DNA from: an uncultured archaeon
Lineage (GTDB): Archaea > Thermoplasmatota > Penumbrarchaeia > JASLWR01
Assembly (NCBI GenBank): GCA_964342815.1
Contig: CAYFHS010000029.1
Coordinates: forward strand, 1 to 49,325
Length of the DNA: 49,325 nt
Direction of reading: 5' to 3'
The notes beneath the pieces were generated by a model. The model did not search any database. It had not been told where the DNA came from and saw nothing but the letters and a program-made list of their open reading frames with translations. Position numbers and translations under genes: made by a program. Positions 48,514 to 49,325 of the stretch are shown one piece after another (position 1 is the stretch's first letter; each line of letters starts with the position of its first letter).

Positions 48514-49179
48514 ATGCCGTACAGGATCAGCAAGTTCGTAGCCGGGCCTTTGTTAAAGGTTTTATTCCAGCTCAAAGCCCGGGGATTGGAAAATATACCG
48601 GCCCATGGTAAGGCGATTCTTGCATCCAATCATTTCTCGTTTCTCGATCATTTCATCCTACCCACCATTGTAGATAGGGAGATAACCTTCATTGCAAAAT
48701 CGGAATTGTTCGAGAATCCAATATGGGGATTCCTCCTCACCCAGTGGGGGCAGATCTCTCTGAACAGAGGGACCGGTGACAACAGCGCCGTAGATCAAGC
48801 CATAGAGGTTCTGAATAAAGGAAAGCTCTTCGGCATCTATCCTGAAGGTACCAGGACCAGGGACGGGAAACTTCACGGCGGCCATACCGGTGTGGCGAGA
48901 ATTTCTCTGATCTCCGGGGCTCCTGTAATACCGGTAGGCATGATTGGTACTTACGAGATTCTGCCTAGGGGAGCGGTAAAACCCAATTTCGGAAAAGCTG
49001 AAGTCAGAATCGGCAGACCCCTGGACTTTACCCGACACAGTGGAAAGGAGAACGACCGCAAGATCACAAGGATGATTACTGATGAGATAATGGCCGAGAT
49101 AGGCAAATTGATCGGCCAGCAAGTAGAGGGCGAGATATACAGGTACGATGAGATTCTGCCAAAGGACCATGAAGAATAA
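48514..49179 (+). CDS. Lysophospholipid acyltransferase (PlsC-like)
   Basis: SNHFSFLD (NHxxxxD), FIAKSELF, IYPEGTRT, VIPVGMIG motifs. Confidence 0.92.
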   Translation: MPYRISKFVAGPLLKVLFQLKARGLENIPAHGKAILASNHFSFLDHFILPTIVDREITFIAKSELFENPIWGFLLTQWGQISLNRGTGDNSAVDQAIEVLNKGKLFGIYPEGTRTRDGKLHGGHTGVARISLISGAPVIPVGMIGTYEILPRGAVKPNFGKAEVRIGRPLDFTRHSGKENDRKITRMITDEIMAEIGKLIGQQVEGEIYRYDEILPKDHEE

Positions 49180-49263
49180 CTTTTTAAAAGTGGATTTACG
49201 AAAATATTCACTCTTCAAGATTATTATCCCCAATTCATAACTACGTATTCTCGTAGGCTTTAT

Positions 49264-49325
49264 GGTTTGCATCGACATATTCCGCAAGCCGTCAGGTTTG
49301 CATCGACATATTCCGCGGGCCGTAG
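49264..49325. repeat. Direct tandem repeat, 31-nt period, truncated at window end
   Basis: ggtttgcatcgacatattccgc occurs at 49264-49285 and 49295-49316, followed by aagccgtca and gggccgtag respectively. Confidence 0.7.

Noticed and set aside
49264-49325. CRISPR array interpretation of the terminal direct repeats
   Set aside because: The intervening sequence is only 9 nt and similar between units, so this is a tandem repeat.

Overview
Archaeal chromosomal window. It is most consistent with an uncultured Thermoplasmatota lineage; this is an inference from an Ogt-EndoV fusion, a DUF3860-like protein, a PGF-CTERM-type tail and giant PQQ/LamG surface proteins. Housekeeping content: rps6e-eIF2gamma-PIN operon, SRP54, proteasome alpha plus SBDS, NfnAB/SudAB, SurE, a small ferredoxin missing from the ORF track, three tRNAs (Ile-CAT, Asn-GTT, Val-TAC), and cdc6/orc1 preceded by an AT-rich intergenic region with a canonical ORB, i.e. 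a probable replication origin. Accessory content: a 2059-aa Kelch/LamG surface protein with a cytoplasmic longin-like domain, a wHTH-STAND-TPR regulator, a divergent diadenylate-cyclase-domain protein, a CARF-like wHTH regulator, a queuosine-salvage (QNG1-like) hydrolase, a PlsC-like acyltransferase, a histone-H1-like Lys-rich protein, two paralogous ABC-2 exporters and a MATE pump. The most unusual signal is non-coding. An exactly 69-nt-periodic array of two 46-nt covarying hairpins that copy the tRNA-Ile 5' end sits between tRNA-Asn and tRNA-Ile. A tRNA-Val 3'-end duplicate is folded into a hairpin. A dispersed ~85-nt repeat occurs twice. No CRISPR array, integrase or transposase was seen. 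All family assignments come from motif recognition by eye; no database searches were run.
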